A stretch of DNA of 64,000 nt from Squalus acanthias. Its lineage: Eukaryota. Positions 48,323 to 60,403 of the stretch are shown here, in pieces. The position numbers and the translations under genes are program-made. A model generated the notes under the pieces. That model was not told the DNA's origin and did not search any database. It saw only the letters and a list, made by a program, of their open reading frames with translations. The stretch covers positions 135,968,001 to 136,032,000 of the forward strand of contig CM059432.1 of assembly GCA_030390025.1 (NCBI GenBank), given 5' to 3'. The first letter of the stretch is position 1, and each line of letters starts with the position of its first letter.

Positions 48323-49649
48323 AAAGTAAATAAAATAAAATAGGTTGATTAGGGGAAATATTACGGATTTGTGCTCCCAGAGAAGAGGCTCACTTGCTGG
48401 TTGCATATATCTGAAAGTCGGGAAGACAGGACAATGAGCCCTGCAGAATCCTCCATCCCTTAAAATTAATTGATAGAAAATTCCGTGGAGCCCACTGACC
48501 TCCTTGGTTGAATTCCCAGTAAGTGCACCCTGTCGGTATAAACTTGTTGCTTTTTATTTGAGCGGATGTCTATTTTGTTGAGCAAAGCAGGGTGGAAGGC
48601 CAAGGCAGATAGTGCAGGATACCACCGAGATTGAAAAGAGTAAAAGAAAAGACCGGATACATCAGAAGGTTGCCCGGTGTGTTACTGAACCAGACAGACA
48701 GAAAGGTCCTGAGTTTGATTAGGTGACACCAAGCTTATGTTTTAAAAAGAATGTAGAAGGAGAGAAAGACAGAGGCAGATGCGGAATTCCACAGTTCTGA
48801 GGTCTGGGGATAGAATTAATTAGAATCGGAGAATGTACAATGAGGTTTGATTTCAAACTAGGGGTGTAATGAGGAGGAAGCGTGTGTAGGATAGCATATT
48901 TGGAGACTGGTAATATGAATAAAATAGCGAAGGATGAGAAAGGTTGTGATGGCAAGCATAGGGGTAGAGGTGAAAGAAGGATTGGCTAACAGATGTTTCT
49001 TGTATCTTTTCCAGGAGTGCAAGAGAAGTGTTAGAATATCCCTCCCAAATTGGAAAGGAGTAGTCAAGTCTTTATTTTAATTGTGATTTCATGATGGGAA
49101 AAGGAATTTACTTTAATAAATAAGATTTGAGTTCTCTGTCCAGTTATTCACCCAGAGCAGTTATTTTCACCTATTCCAACTTTCATTTGAACATGGAAAT
49201 CAACATGTTGCTTCACATCTGCCAATCAGACATGCAACATTTTTGTAGACTCTTTCACATGTGCTTTAACAGCATTCTAATTTTGCTTTTAATCTCCACT
49301 TTTTAAAAATGTCGCTCTCACTTTGCCTGTCCCCTCCACCCCGCCACCATCCAACATCCGCTCTCTGACTACAAGAAAGTCGGCAGGTGAGCTGCTCCTC
49401 GGCCTTTACTAATGTTGCTCGTGTTCAAACCAGCTGACTCAGGCAACACTGGCCATCCTCTTGGGGCACCTTCAACATCTTCAAGTTGGGGGTCGTATCT
49501 CACGGGCAATTTGAAGAGTGAGCCTGTACCTTTCCAGCTCATGGTGTAGCATGCTGGAGCCCAACCCATTTAGCACTGTTGGCCTGACGTTGTGGTCCCC
49601 TGAATTTAACATTGTGCCACAATTAAATCGGAGGCTCGTAATTAAATTG

Positions 49650-50121
49650 GGTGTCAGCCATGGCTCAGTGGGTAGCAACCTTGCCTCTAAGTCAGAAGGT
49701 TGTGGGTTCATAGTCCCACTCCAGAGGCTTGAGTGCATAATCCAGGCTGACACTCCACGTGCAGCACTGAGGGAGTGCTGCACTGTCGGAGGTGCTGCCT
49801 TTCAGATGAGTCGTTAAACCGAGGGCCCATCTGCCCTCTCAGATGGACATAAAAGATCCCATGACACTATTCGAAGAAGAGCAGGGGAGTTATCCCCGGT
49901 GTCCTGGCCAATATTTATCCCTCAACCAACATCACTAACACAATTTATCTGGTCATTATCACATTGCTGTTTGTGGGAGCTCGCTGTGCGCAAAATTGGC
50001 TGCTGTGTTTCCTACATTACAACAGTGACTACACTTCAAAAAGTACTTCATTGGCTGTAAAGCGCTTTGGGATGTCCTGAGGTCGAGAAAGGCGCTATAG
50101 AAATACAAGATATTTCTTTCT
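49650..50121 (+). mobile_element. DeuSINE, full length
   Basis: GTGTCAGCC...GGCTGACAC-closed tRNA-like head, Deu core, tail. Confidence 0.9.
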
Positions 50122-51273
50122 TGTCACCTAAATATTCTATGAAGAGATGCTTGTCTGGCATGCCTCCTTAATGACTCCTTTGATAAGCGTATTGTGCATT
50201 ATGATATTCAGCCATATAAACCGGGATGATTCCGGATTAATTTTCTGGATCAATCACAGATGGTGGGTGTGGGTGGATGACTGGTGGCATTGGAGAGTCC
50301 TGCTAGAAAGCGCATGTGTTAGGACATTGGATGGGGCTCAACTATGAAGTTCTGGTATGCAAATAGCTCATCAAATCTCATTACCAAAGGGCTACCATTG
50401 CCTTTGGAAATGCGCTCCAGGGATGAGATGCTGTCTTTCGGAGAAAAAGAATATGGGAGGGAAAATTAGAAAATTATTGAAGAAGAAAAATACAAACCAA
50501 AACGTACATTCAAGTTTGTAATTTTTCACCCTGTTATATTTGATTTCAAAGCAAAGAAACAATTTGACCGATAAGCATTGTGGTACCTCTTTTAAGCAAC
50601 AGCCGCTTGCTTAACAATGTTAAGTTTGAAAATACTGCAGGTCAGAGTAATTGGCTTGAAAGGATAAAATCACGAATGACCTTACATTTACAAGATCAGT
50701 TGCCCTGCTCTGGTTGTTTTTAAACATTTTCATCCTTTCCTTCTCCCTAGAGCAGGTTGGTTCCTGTCTGATCGATATCGTTGCCTAAAGTCAATATTTT
50801 TCCAGGTAAATTGACACCTGACCCTTTTTAGCAACTACTGACAGATTCTAATAGCCATCCGAAGTTGGTCAAACCCAGAGCTGGGCTAATGTCCACTCTG
50901 ATCATTTTTAGGGCTTTGTCAGCACTTTCGCACCTGATATGAAGTATAACAATAACAGATTATTGACTGAAATGCAGTTTTTTTTGTCTGAAGAGGGCTG
51001 GATGCCAGTCTGAGGCTTTGAAACTCTATCTCAGTCAATTATGCTTTTAGAGTGCATCCTGCTTTTTTTTAAATTAAATGTTTTGCTTAAATTGATTTAA
51101 AAAATAAATATCTCTTTGGGCTAAGTTAGCCAATCTTAGCTGGGTGGTGGTGGCGGAGCTGCCACCGGCTTCAGCACCCCTTGTCCAGGGAGAAGATGGG
51201 AAAAGTGCAGCCTGGATCCTTGTTCCTAATTGTGATATGTTGATGTCTTGTAGTCAGTACCTATGTGTGGGCA

Positions 51274-51880
51274 ATAGAATTGTACAGCATTGAAGGAGGC
51301 CATTCAGCCCATCGTGGCTATTCCGGCTCTTTGAAAGAGCTCTGCAATTAGTCCCACTCCCCTGCTCCTTCCCCATAGCCCTGCAAATTTTTCCTTTACA
51401 AGTATAGATCCAACTCCCTTTTGAAAGTTACTATTGAATCTGCTTTCACCACACTTTCAGGCAATGCATTCCAGATCATAAAAACTCACCGCGTAAAAAG
51501 ATTTCTCCTCATCTCCCCTCTGGTTCTTTTGCAAATTACCTTCAATCTGTGTCCTCTGGCTACTGACCATTCTACCAGTAGGGACAGTTTCTCCTTATTT
51601 ACTCTATCAAAGCCATTCAGAATTTTGAACACCTCCATTTAATCTCCCCTTAACCTTCTCTGCTGTAAAGAGAACAACCCCAGCTTCTCTCGTCTCTCCA
51701 CATAACTGAAGTCCCTCATCCCTGGTATCGTTCTAGTAAATCTCCACTGCAGCCTCTCCGAGGCCTTGACATCCTTCCTAAAGTGCGGTGCTCAGAATTG
51801 GACACAATACTCCAGCTGAGGTCTAACCAGTGTTTCATAAAGGTTTAGCATAGCTTCCTTGCCTTTGTACTCTTTGCCTA
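51274..51880 (-). mobile_element. CR1 3' fragment
   Basis: Reverse complement encodes LVRPQLEYCVQF...RKDVKA; CR1 3'UTR. Confidence 0.88.
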
Positions 51881-52549
51881 ATTGTGATGCATTGATGTCT
51901 TGTAGACAGTACAACAACAACAATGACAACAACAACGGCACCTATGTGTGGGCATTGGCTGAGGACAGGACTGAGATTGGCTGTGATGGCCCCCTTTAGT
52001 CAAATCAGAAATATAATTCATGAATGCTGCGAATTAACAAACAAACGCTGCTGATAGCCAACATAGCACATCTCCCTCGGTGGATTAATGAAGAAAGGCT
52101 CTTCTAGCCCTACAACCCTCCGAGATCTCTGCGCTCCTCCAATTCTGGCCTCTTTTTCATCCCCGTTATCCTTCGCTCCACCATTGGCTTGTGTAGTGTA
52201 TCGACCAGAAGAGCACAGGTTTGCTCGGGCCCGTGATCAGTTTCAGCAGGGAAAGCACGCCTGCATGCATGTTGGATGACAACAGGCTCAGGCTTGGCTG
52301 TACAGCATTCCACGATTGAATGTCCCACTCAACACGCACACTGTCTGGCTCACGTGTCACTTGGCTGAGATACCAGGGTGGGTGACAGTGCTTGTGGAGC
52401 CTTATCCCGAGCAAGATTCAGCACCTTCAGATGAGGAGAGAATAAGAGAAGAAAATTTTGAAGAAAATGAAGAGGAAGAGAGAATATTGGAGGGGGGGTG
52501 GGGGTGGATGAGAAATTAAAAAAAAACTCTTAAAATAATGCAAGAGTGA

Positions 52550-52965
52550 TTTGAAAATTCTCATCCTTGTGTTCAAATCCTTCCATGGCCTCGCCCCTCC
52601 CTATCCCTGTATCCTCTTCTAGCCCCACAACCCTCTGAGATCTCTGTGCTCCTCCAATTCGGGCCTCTTTTTCATCCCCGTTATCCTTCGCTCCACCACT
52701 GGCAGCCGTGCCTTCAGCTATCTAGGCCTCAGGCTCTGGAATTCCCTTCCTAAACCTCTCCACCTCACTACCTCTCTGTCCTCCTTTAAAAGTCGCTCGT
52801 TAAAACCCACCTCTTTGATCAAGCTTTTGGTCACCAGTCCGAATATCTGTTTATGTTCCTATGTTGCTCGGTGTCAAATTTTGCCTGATAACGCTCCTGT
52901 GAAGTGCCTTGGGAGGTTTTACTACGTTAAAGGCGCTATATTAATGCAAGCTGTTGTTGTTGTTG
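52550..52965 (+). mobile_element. L2-type LINE 3' fragment (partial duplicate at 52103-52186)
   Basis: Matches 38835-39225; (GTT)n tail. Confidence 0.85.
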
Positions 52966-53131
52966 CGGCGATGTGTTTTAGGATGTGGGTGAGCTATAGT
53001 GCTGAGTGGAGATCAGATGCTTCCCCACAGGGAAGACCAGAGGTAGTGCCACTCAGAGACACTTCCATGTATTGTCTTCACAACTGTCAGAAGATTGTCT
53101 GCGAGCAAATCACCAGGAATTGAAATGCCAT

Positions 53132-53216
53132 CAACCCGAAACATTAACTCTGTTTCTCTCTCCCCAGCTGCTGCCTGACCTGTTGAGCATTTCCAGCCTT
53201 TTTCAGTTTTGATTTC
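53132..53216 (+). mobile_element. Penelope family 2 terminal fragment (another at ~39290-39368)
   Basis: GAAACATTAACTCTGTTTCTCTCTCC...CTGCCTGACCTG matches 10806-10890. Confidence 0.7.
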
Positions 53217-55547
53217 ATGAATCCTTTACTGCCCTGGTACTATGGCTATGGGGCATGACGGGGACTTCAAATATCAGTGAAGATTAATAGAATTAACTTT
53301 TCTGGAAGGTGCATTTCTCTGGCTCTACGTTATAGTTAATAGAGAAGTCAGTGCTGTTGAAGTTATAGTCGCAAAAAAGGATTGAGTATGTGCAAAGTTA
53401 GAAAGGCTTTTCCAGCACTCAAGAAGATTAAGAATCCAGCACATCGAAAGGCCTCTCCAAAAGTTTACACTAACAATCCCCAGGCACTGATTGGCGATTA
53501 AGAAAGTTTCACTTGTTTTCCACAGTTTTGTTTTTTTTCCCTTTCCTTTTAGGTTTTTTAGCTATTGTTTTCACTGATGGGCCGACCCTTGGAAAGCATG
53601 TGTGTTGTTTTATGACAGAGATGGGTATTTATAGGCCTGATCCATCATGAGTGCTAGACACCTCTTTTTCTTCCCTGTGAAAGGCAAAAATAATAAAAAT
53701 GCAGATGCTGTACTTAGAAACGACTCTGTAAATATTTTCACTTCTTTCGTCATCTCCGTGGGAAACAATAGCAGCATCTGTGTTCCAGAGCGGGGCCACT
53801 CATTTGCATGCAGGGGACGGACATTTCCGTTTATTATCAATTTTATGCATTACTTCATTTCACGGTGTTAAGACAATCACAATCAAAGGGGCTCAGCATT
53901 CCGTAGGCACGCTATTCATCCCTTCAGCCCCATCATATTGATGTTATTCACACAGATTTACATAGATGGTTGTGCACTAGATCAGAAAGAGAGGAAAATA
54001 AGCTCATTGCAGACTTGTTACATGTGTTAGTGGAAAGATGGTCCAACAGTTTCCTCTCAAAGTGCACATTCCGAAACACTCGAGCCAGTTACTCCACGCT
54101 AATACATGCCCAACACTTTTTTTTTCAGTGTTGGGGGAAATTCTAAGCTTTCAATACTTGTTCAAAGAGATTAGGAGCCAAACAGTTGCTGTTTCTTTTC
54201 TTAAAGGAGCATGTGTTGCATCAGCAAGGAATCTACAGGAAAAAAACCTGATTGCAGCCTGCCGTGTGAAAGCCCTCTGGAAAGCTCACAGCCTGGCAGA
54301 TGCTTCGTTTACCACTGCAGAAGAATTTGAATTCCAGGTTATGCACGGCTCCTTCAACATTCATTTTTAAGTTTAATTTTTTTTTGGTTCAGAAAAGTAT
54401 AAACAGTTATAGCAGGCATGCCCGATAATGCTCCCCTGTTCAGCAATCTAGTTAATGATCTTGCAAAGCCAGTTACCAGAAGGCAGTCTCCCTTTAATAA
54501 ATTCGAATGAAGTATTGCTGGGTCAAAGCCATACTGTAAACTTTTTGAGAGCACTGCTTTGATAGGGATTCATGGGGGGAAAGAATGAGAATTCAAGATT
54601 CTCCAATCCAACTGATTTGAGTGCATTTTGCGAATAAAATTAAAGCATAGATAGTGGGATTGTTACCATATTTTATCATCCAATATAGAACATAATCACC
54701 TATTAAAGATATAGCTTGTTGTAATAATGGGCTTGTTTTCTGTGTTTGAATAATTTTATTTAGTTTTTCATCAATTTATTTTTCACTTGCATTTCAGAGA
54801 TACTTCTAAATCTCAAAGAGCAAATAGGTAAACTTACTTTTGCAACACTTTCTAGTATGAGGGAGGTAGTATATCATATAAGGCCAGAGAGTTAATTCCC
54901 TCCTCTCTGGCCCCAAATAAATGCTGAAAAAATATCTTTACCCTTAGAAGCGAGCGCACTTTACACATAGAATCTACAAAAAGATTGTCCTGTGTATTTC
55001 TACGTTCGTGGTGCAGAATCGAAAGAATGCACCTGAACCCAAGAATGATGCTTAATTCAAAAAGGTCTGTGCAACCAAATTGAAATCTTGCAATCCTGTT
55101 ACATTGCTAGTTTTAGCGTTGCTGTAGTGGTCCTCATAAGAATCGGAAGGGGGATACAAAATTTAAAATGAGATGGGAGCCATTGAAAGTGTCTAGACTT
55201 GGGAAAAGAAAAGTGTTCCGTTCAGAGAAGGGGATATTCATTCTATTCGTCCTCTGGATTCTCATTTCCTGTTAGTTGAGGATAAACTGGCATTAATGGC
55301 ACTTAGGGAAAAATTTGCAGTCCGGCCAGTAATGTTCACATGCAGCCAAAAAGGATGTGTGAATGGCAAAAACAAGCAGATAGACAAGAGACCACTAGCA
55401 GAGTGGCAAGATGCTTTGCTTCTCCCGCACTGTGCTTACAGCATTGAGTCCAAGCACTGGCCAAACCCTCGACTCCACCAGCCATCGTGTCAGGTCAGGT
55501 GGGGTGGGGTGGGGGGCGGGGGAGGGATACTGAAGGCAAAACCTTGA

Positions 55548-55999
55548 GTGTCAGCCGTGGCTCAGTGGGTAACACTCTCGCCTCTGAGTCAGGACATTGT
55601 GGGTTCAAGTCCCACTACTGAGACTTGAGCACAGAAATCTACAATGACACTCCAGTGCAGTACTGAGGGAGTGCTGCAATGTCAGAGGTGCCATCTTTCG
55701 GATGAGACATTAAACTGAGGCTCTGTCTGCCCTCTCAGGTGGATGTAAAAGATCCCAACAAGTGCAGGGGAATTCTCCCCGGTGTCCTGGCCAATATTTA
55801 TCCCTCAACCAACATCACTAAAACAGATTATCCAGTCATTATCATGTTGCTGTTTGTGGGAGCTTGCTGTGTGCAAATTGGCTGCCGCGTTTCCTACATT
55901 ACAACAGGGACCACACTTCAAAAGTACTTCATTTGCTGTAAAGCGCTTTGGGACGTCCTGAGGTTGTGAAAGGCGCTATAGAAATGGAAGTCTTTCTTT
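55548..55999 (+). mobile_element. DeuSINE, full length
   Basis: A box TGGCTCAGTGG, B box GGTTCAAGTCC, core and tail. Confidence 0.9.
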
Positions 56000-56259
56000 G
56001 AAGGATTTTCCACGTTAGACAAATGGTCAGCTTTTCCCCCATTTACTTTTTATAAAGCGAATACTGATGTTTGTCATATGCTGCACACAGATAAATATTT
56101 TCTATCTTCACGTAAATTGTGGAGGAAACTGTGTGAACCTAACGGCTTGGAGGTTTGACCAAAAACAAACACATTTAAACATAAAAAAAACATTGTTTTG
56201 CCACCACCAGAGTGAAAAGTGGGAAGGATAATATTGCAAATAATCTTTTGCAACACTTA

Positions 56260-56648
56260 GGTTCCCTGATAGCCCAGTGAGTAATGACACTTCACAGTGT
56301 AGAGTAATACAGAACCAGGAAGGTCCTGGGCTTGATCTGGCCTGTGCCGAGTTGAGGCATGGCTGGAGTGGTTGCACTTGGTCTCAGAGCTAAAGAAGGG
56401 AAAAATCAGCCACGGTTCCTGTTTCTGATGAGTGATTCTTGTAGAAATTGCAAGTATACATATAAGGTTAGACTGGGTTGGGTTTTTCAACAAGTTAACA
56501 CTTGGTTGAATAGCTTGCCAACACCGATTGTCAAAGGTTCAGACATGAAGAACGGATCGCTTGGGTGAGGTACTAGCTGATGACTGGCATCCATTGAACT
56601 GTATCCCAATGTGAGTCCACATCTTTCGGAGAGGAGAAAAAATTGGAG
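56260..56648 (+). repeat. Ancient unclassified SINE-like repeat (most complete copy)
   Basis: Shared blocks (GGAAAAATCAGCC..GGTTCCTG; GAATAGC..GCC; CATGAAGAA; TTCGGAGAGGAG) recur, diverged, at several other positions in the window. Confidence 0.55.
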
Positions 56649-56752
56649 TAAAAAAAGCACAAACATTTTGCAGGTGGAGATTTGTGTCTCATTTACAGTG
56701 CTGTTAACTGACCACTTATTTTACAGTTTTAGGATCAGATTTTTAGAGTCTT

Positions 56753-57222
56753 GAAAGAAAGAAATACTTGCATTTCTATAGCGTCTTTCACGACCTCAGG
56801 ACATCCCAAAGCGCTTTACAGCCTATTAAGTACTTTTGAAGTGTAGTCATTGCTGTAATGTAGGAAACGCAGCAGCCAATTGCGCACAGCAAGCTCCCAC
56901 AAACAGAAATGTGGTAATGACCAAATAATCTGTTTTTTTGTTATGTTGATTGAGGGATAAATATTGGCCAGGACACCAAGGAGAACTCCCCTGCTCTTCT
57001 TCAAAATAGCACCATAGTATCTTTTATGTACACCTGAGAGAACAGACAGGGCCTCAGTTTAATGTCTCATCCGACAGACAGCTCCTTCTGACAGTGTAGT
57101 GTTCCCTCAGCACTGCACTGGAGTGTCAGTCTAGATTTTTGTGCTCAAGTCTCTGGAGTGGGCCTATGAACCCACACCCTTCTGACTTAAAGGCAAGAGT
57201 GCTACCAACTGAGCCACGGCTG
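56753..57222 (-). mobile_element. DeuSINE, full length
   Basis: Reverse-complement match to the consensus. Confidence 0.9.
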
Positions 57223-57507
57223 ACCATAAGAGACAGAACAGAGGGGACAAACATATAAACTACCAAGTTTAGCATTACTGTCACTCAAAAAGATGAATTC
57301 TACTCAGATTACAGAATGAGAGCTATATTCAATCTCTCTACCATTTAGGTGACACCATTCCCTGTATTCTCCATGCTATAAAAATACATTGCTTACATCG
57401 ATACTTTCTGAAATGTTGCAAACATGCACTGAAAATGAAAACATTCATAATTTGAATATTAGCTCAAAAATGTTAAGTCTGAAATAAAAATACATCACAG
57501 GGGGAAT

Positions 57508-57753
57508 GTAGAAGATCCCATGACATTTTTTAAAAAGAAAAGCAGAGTTCTCCCAATGTCTTGGCCAACAGTCCTCCCTTAAGTAACGGCCCAAAACAGA
57601 TTAGCTGGCCATTCTTTTCATTGCTGTTTGTGGGACCTTTCTGTGTGCAGATTGGCTGTTGCATTTGCCTACATAACCAGCGTGACTGCCCTTCATAAAG
57701 CAATTCAGTGGCTGCACAGTGTTTGAGAGGCGCTATATAAATGTAAGTCTTTC
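57508..57753 (+). mobile_element. Older DeuSINE 3' half
   Basis: AAGATCCCATG...GGCGCTATATAAATGTAAGTC. Confidence 0.7.
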
Positions 57754-58327
57754 ATTTACAACATTTTTTTCCCGACAGTCCCTTTAAATTAGGACTTTGA
57801 AGAGCTTCTCTTTAACTGCCCATTACAGTGGGCAGGGCTTCCACCCAAACATCACAAATTTCAATGGGCCTGCTAATAACCCTCATTAGAATACTGGACT
57901 CATGCATAATCCAGGGGTGACTGAGTGCAAACACTTGGCACCCTATTTCCCAGTCTCCGTTAAGCCAAATCGCGCTGGTGATACTGAAACCACTGGGGAA
58001 AAGAACTTCCCTACTGTCCCCTCCATGGTGCCGTGTGATAACATTCTTTTTAGAACCACTTGCTAGTAAGCATTTTTTTTCTCTCTATTATTTTACTTCC
58101 CCTTTTTACGGTCCCTTTGCTGAGCATTGCTGACGTCTTGCTTCCAGCAGTACAGCTTTTTGATTTGCATCCAGGAGCTTTTCAGGGGACAATCCCAGGT
58201 GAAATGCATTTATTTTCATTCCTTCCCTATTGAGAAGCTCCTTGGCAATAATTTTGACTTTGGATGATAGTGTAAAACGGGCGATCTCGATTCCGCCGTC
58301 TGTTATACATCTCTCTCGATTTTCATT

Positions 58328-58706
58328 TGGTTCAAGCCCCACTCCAGAGTCTTGAGCACAAATTCCCAGTGCAATACTGAGGGAGTGCTGCACTGTCGGA
58401 GGTGCCGTCTTTCAGATGACATGTTAAACCGAGGCCCCGTCTGACCTCACAGGTGGCACTATTTCCAAGATGAGCAGGGGAGTTCTCCCAGTGTCCTGGC
58501 CAATATTTATCCCTCAACCAACAACTAAAAACAGATTATCCGGTCATTATCACATTGCTGTTTGTGGGAGCTTGCTGTGCGCAAATTGGCTGCTGCGTTT
58601 CTTACATTATAAACAGTGACTGCACTTCAAAATTACCTAATTTGCTGTAAAGCGCTTTGGGACGTCCTGAGGTCATGAAAGGCACTGTATAAATGCAAGT
58701 CTTTTT
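58328..58706 (+). mobile_element. DeuSINE
   Basis: B box through tail. Confidence 0.88.
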
Positions 58707-59777
58707 CAGCCAAAGTCAAAACTCCCCCCTTTCCCTCTAGCTCTCCCTGTCTTCCATGGCACCAATGTGGGGAATGGAAGGGCGTGAGTCAACATTCTAC
58801 CCTTCCAGGGCATTCCCTTTTGGGACATCAGCATGCTCTGATATAATGCATGTATTTTATTCAATGCAGAAATGTAATTTGAAAATACAGTGATCCAATA
58901 CCATTAATAAACATGAAGGATATGCATATCTGGGTTTTCATATCATTGACGGTTATTTCAGCACTTGACTTCACCTCATATTAAGCCAGTCACTACCATG
59001 AAATTAACCCTCTGAAATGTGCACCTTTTTCCCATTCATTGTTGCCTAATTACATATATCAGTGTTTCACATGCAAGGCTATGTTCAGGCAGTATCATTT
59101 GTTATTTTCATTCTTACATCATAATAACACAGCGTTAGAATTACCCTCAAACTTTGTGTGAAGCCGCAAGTTTGCATTAAAAATGTGAATTAATCTCAGT
59201 CATTTGTGGACACAAGTGTTTTTTTTTACTCATGTTGCTTCATAACGTTCAGATCATTCACAGAAGTGTCGCAGATGTTTTATGATAGGAAACGTGCGTT
59301 TTTCTAAAACGTTGCACAGGAAACTAATTATTCAAGAACATCTACGTGTCTGCAGGAACTTATTTTTACCTCACATTTTCCCATGAAACTCAGGTTATTG
59401 CACTGTAATTTTGAGCCATCAATGAATAGAGAAATAATCTGACTGGCTGCTTTTGAGGGCTCTTACAATTTCATGGCTGTCTGAGTTAATGATTAAGATG
59501 AATAGCAAACAAGAGATAATGAGAAAGAATCTCAATGGCAAGTGATCAAACTTTTCTTTCTCTTTTCTTATTGCCTCTCATTTTCCCTCTCCCTGTCACG
59601 CTGGCCGTGATTTTTTCTTGTCATTTAGAAACCTGTGTAAAGTGCGAAGACATGTTGCAAAATTAAACACATAAACCTGCTCAGCACATTCCTGCAGTGA
59701 GATGACTGAGATCATGAATTTGTGTGGGTGGGGGATGCTGGGGTGGCAATTGTAGGTACAAAGGCCCTTCACAAAAC

Positions 59778-59994
59778 TCCTTGGCCAACATTTATCCCTC
59801 AAATCAACACCACTAAAAAATGCAGATTACCTGGCCGGGATCACATGTTAGACCTTGCTGTGCTCAAATTGGCTGCCGCCTTTCCCTACATTACGATAGT
59901 GACTACACTTCAAAAAGTATTTTCGTTGGCTGTAAAACACTGTGGGGCGTCCTGAGGTCGTGAACGGCGCCATATCAAGGCAAGTCTTTCTTTC
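59778..59994 (+). mobile_element. DeuSINE 3' half
   Basis: Core and tail match. Confidence 0.75.
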
Positions 59995-60280
59995 TGTAAT
60001 CCTCTCTAGATTTTCTACTCCGGCAAAAGCACGGGTGGCAAAATGGCGCAGCGCGATTCGCCTTTTCTAGAAGTGAAGTGAGGTGACCGTCGCATCTTTT
60101 GGGGTCAGATTCATTTTAATATTAGTCACAACCCCCTGGCAATGATAATGCCTCTGTTTGAGAGCTGGCCGTGGTGGGGGTGGAAAACCACATGCTGTTT
60201 CGCAAGCTGCTGCAGGATTTGAAAACCTGCAGCAGCTTAAAGGGGTCAGCGCAGCAACAATCCTTGCGGCAGTAAAGAGA

Positions 60281-60403
60281 CAAAAAAAGACTTGCATTTT
60301 TCTAGCGTTTTTCACAACCTCAGGGGGTCCCAAAGTGCTTTTACAGCCAATGAAGTACTTTTGAAATGTAGTCACTGTTGTAATGTAGGAAACGCGGCAG
60401 CTA
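60281..60403 (-). mobile_element. DeuSINE 3' end abutting the long CR1
   Basis: AAAGACTTGCATTT...GGAAACGCGGCAGC. Confidence 0.75.

Noticed and set aside
49650..49752. tRNA gene (applies to all A/B-box hits in the window)
   Set aside because: These are SINE heads continuing into Deu cores; no complete cloverleaf followed by a T-run terminator.
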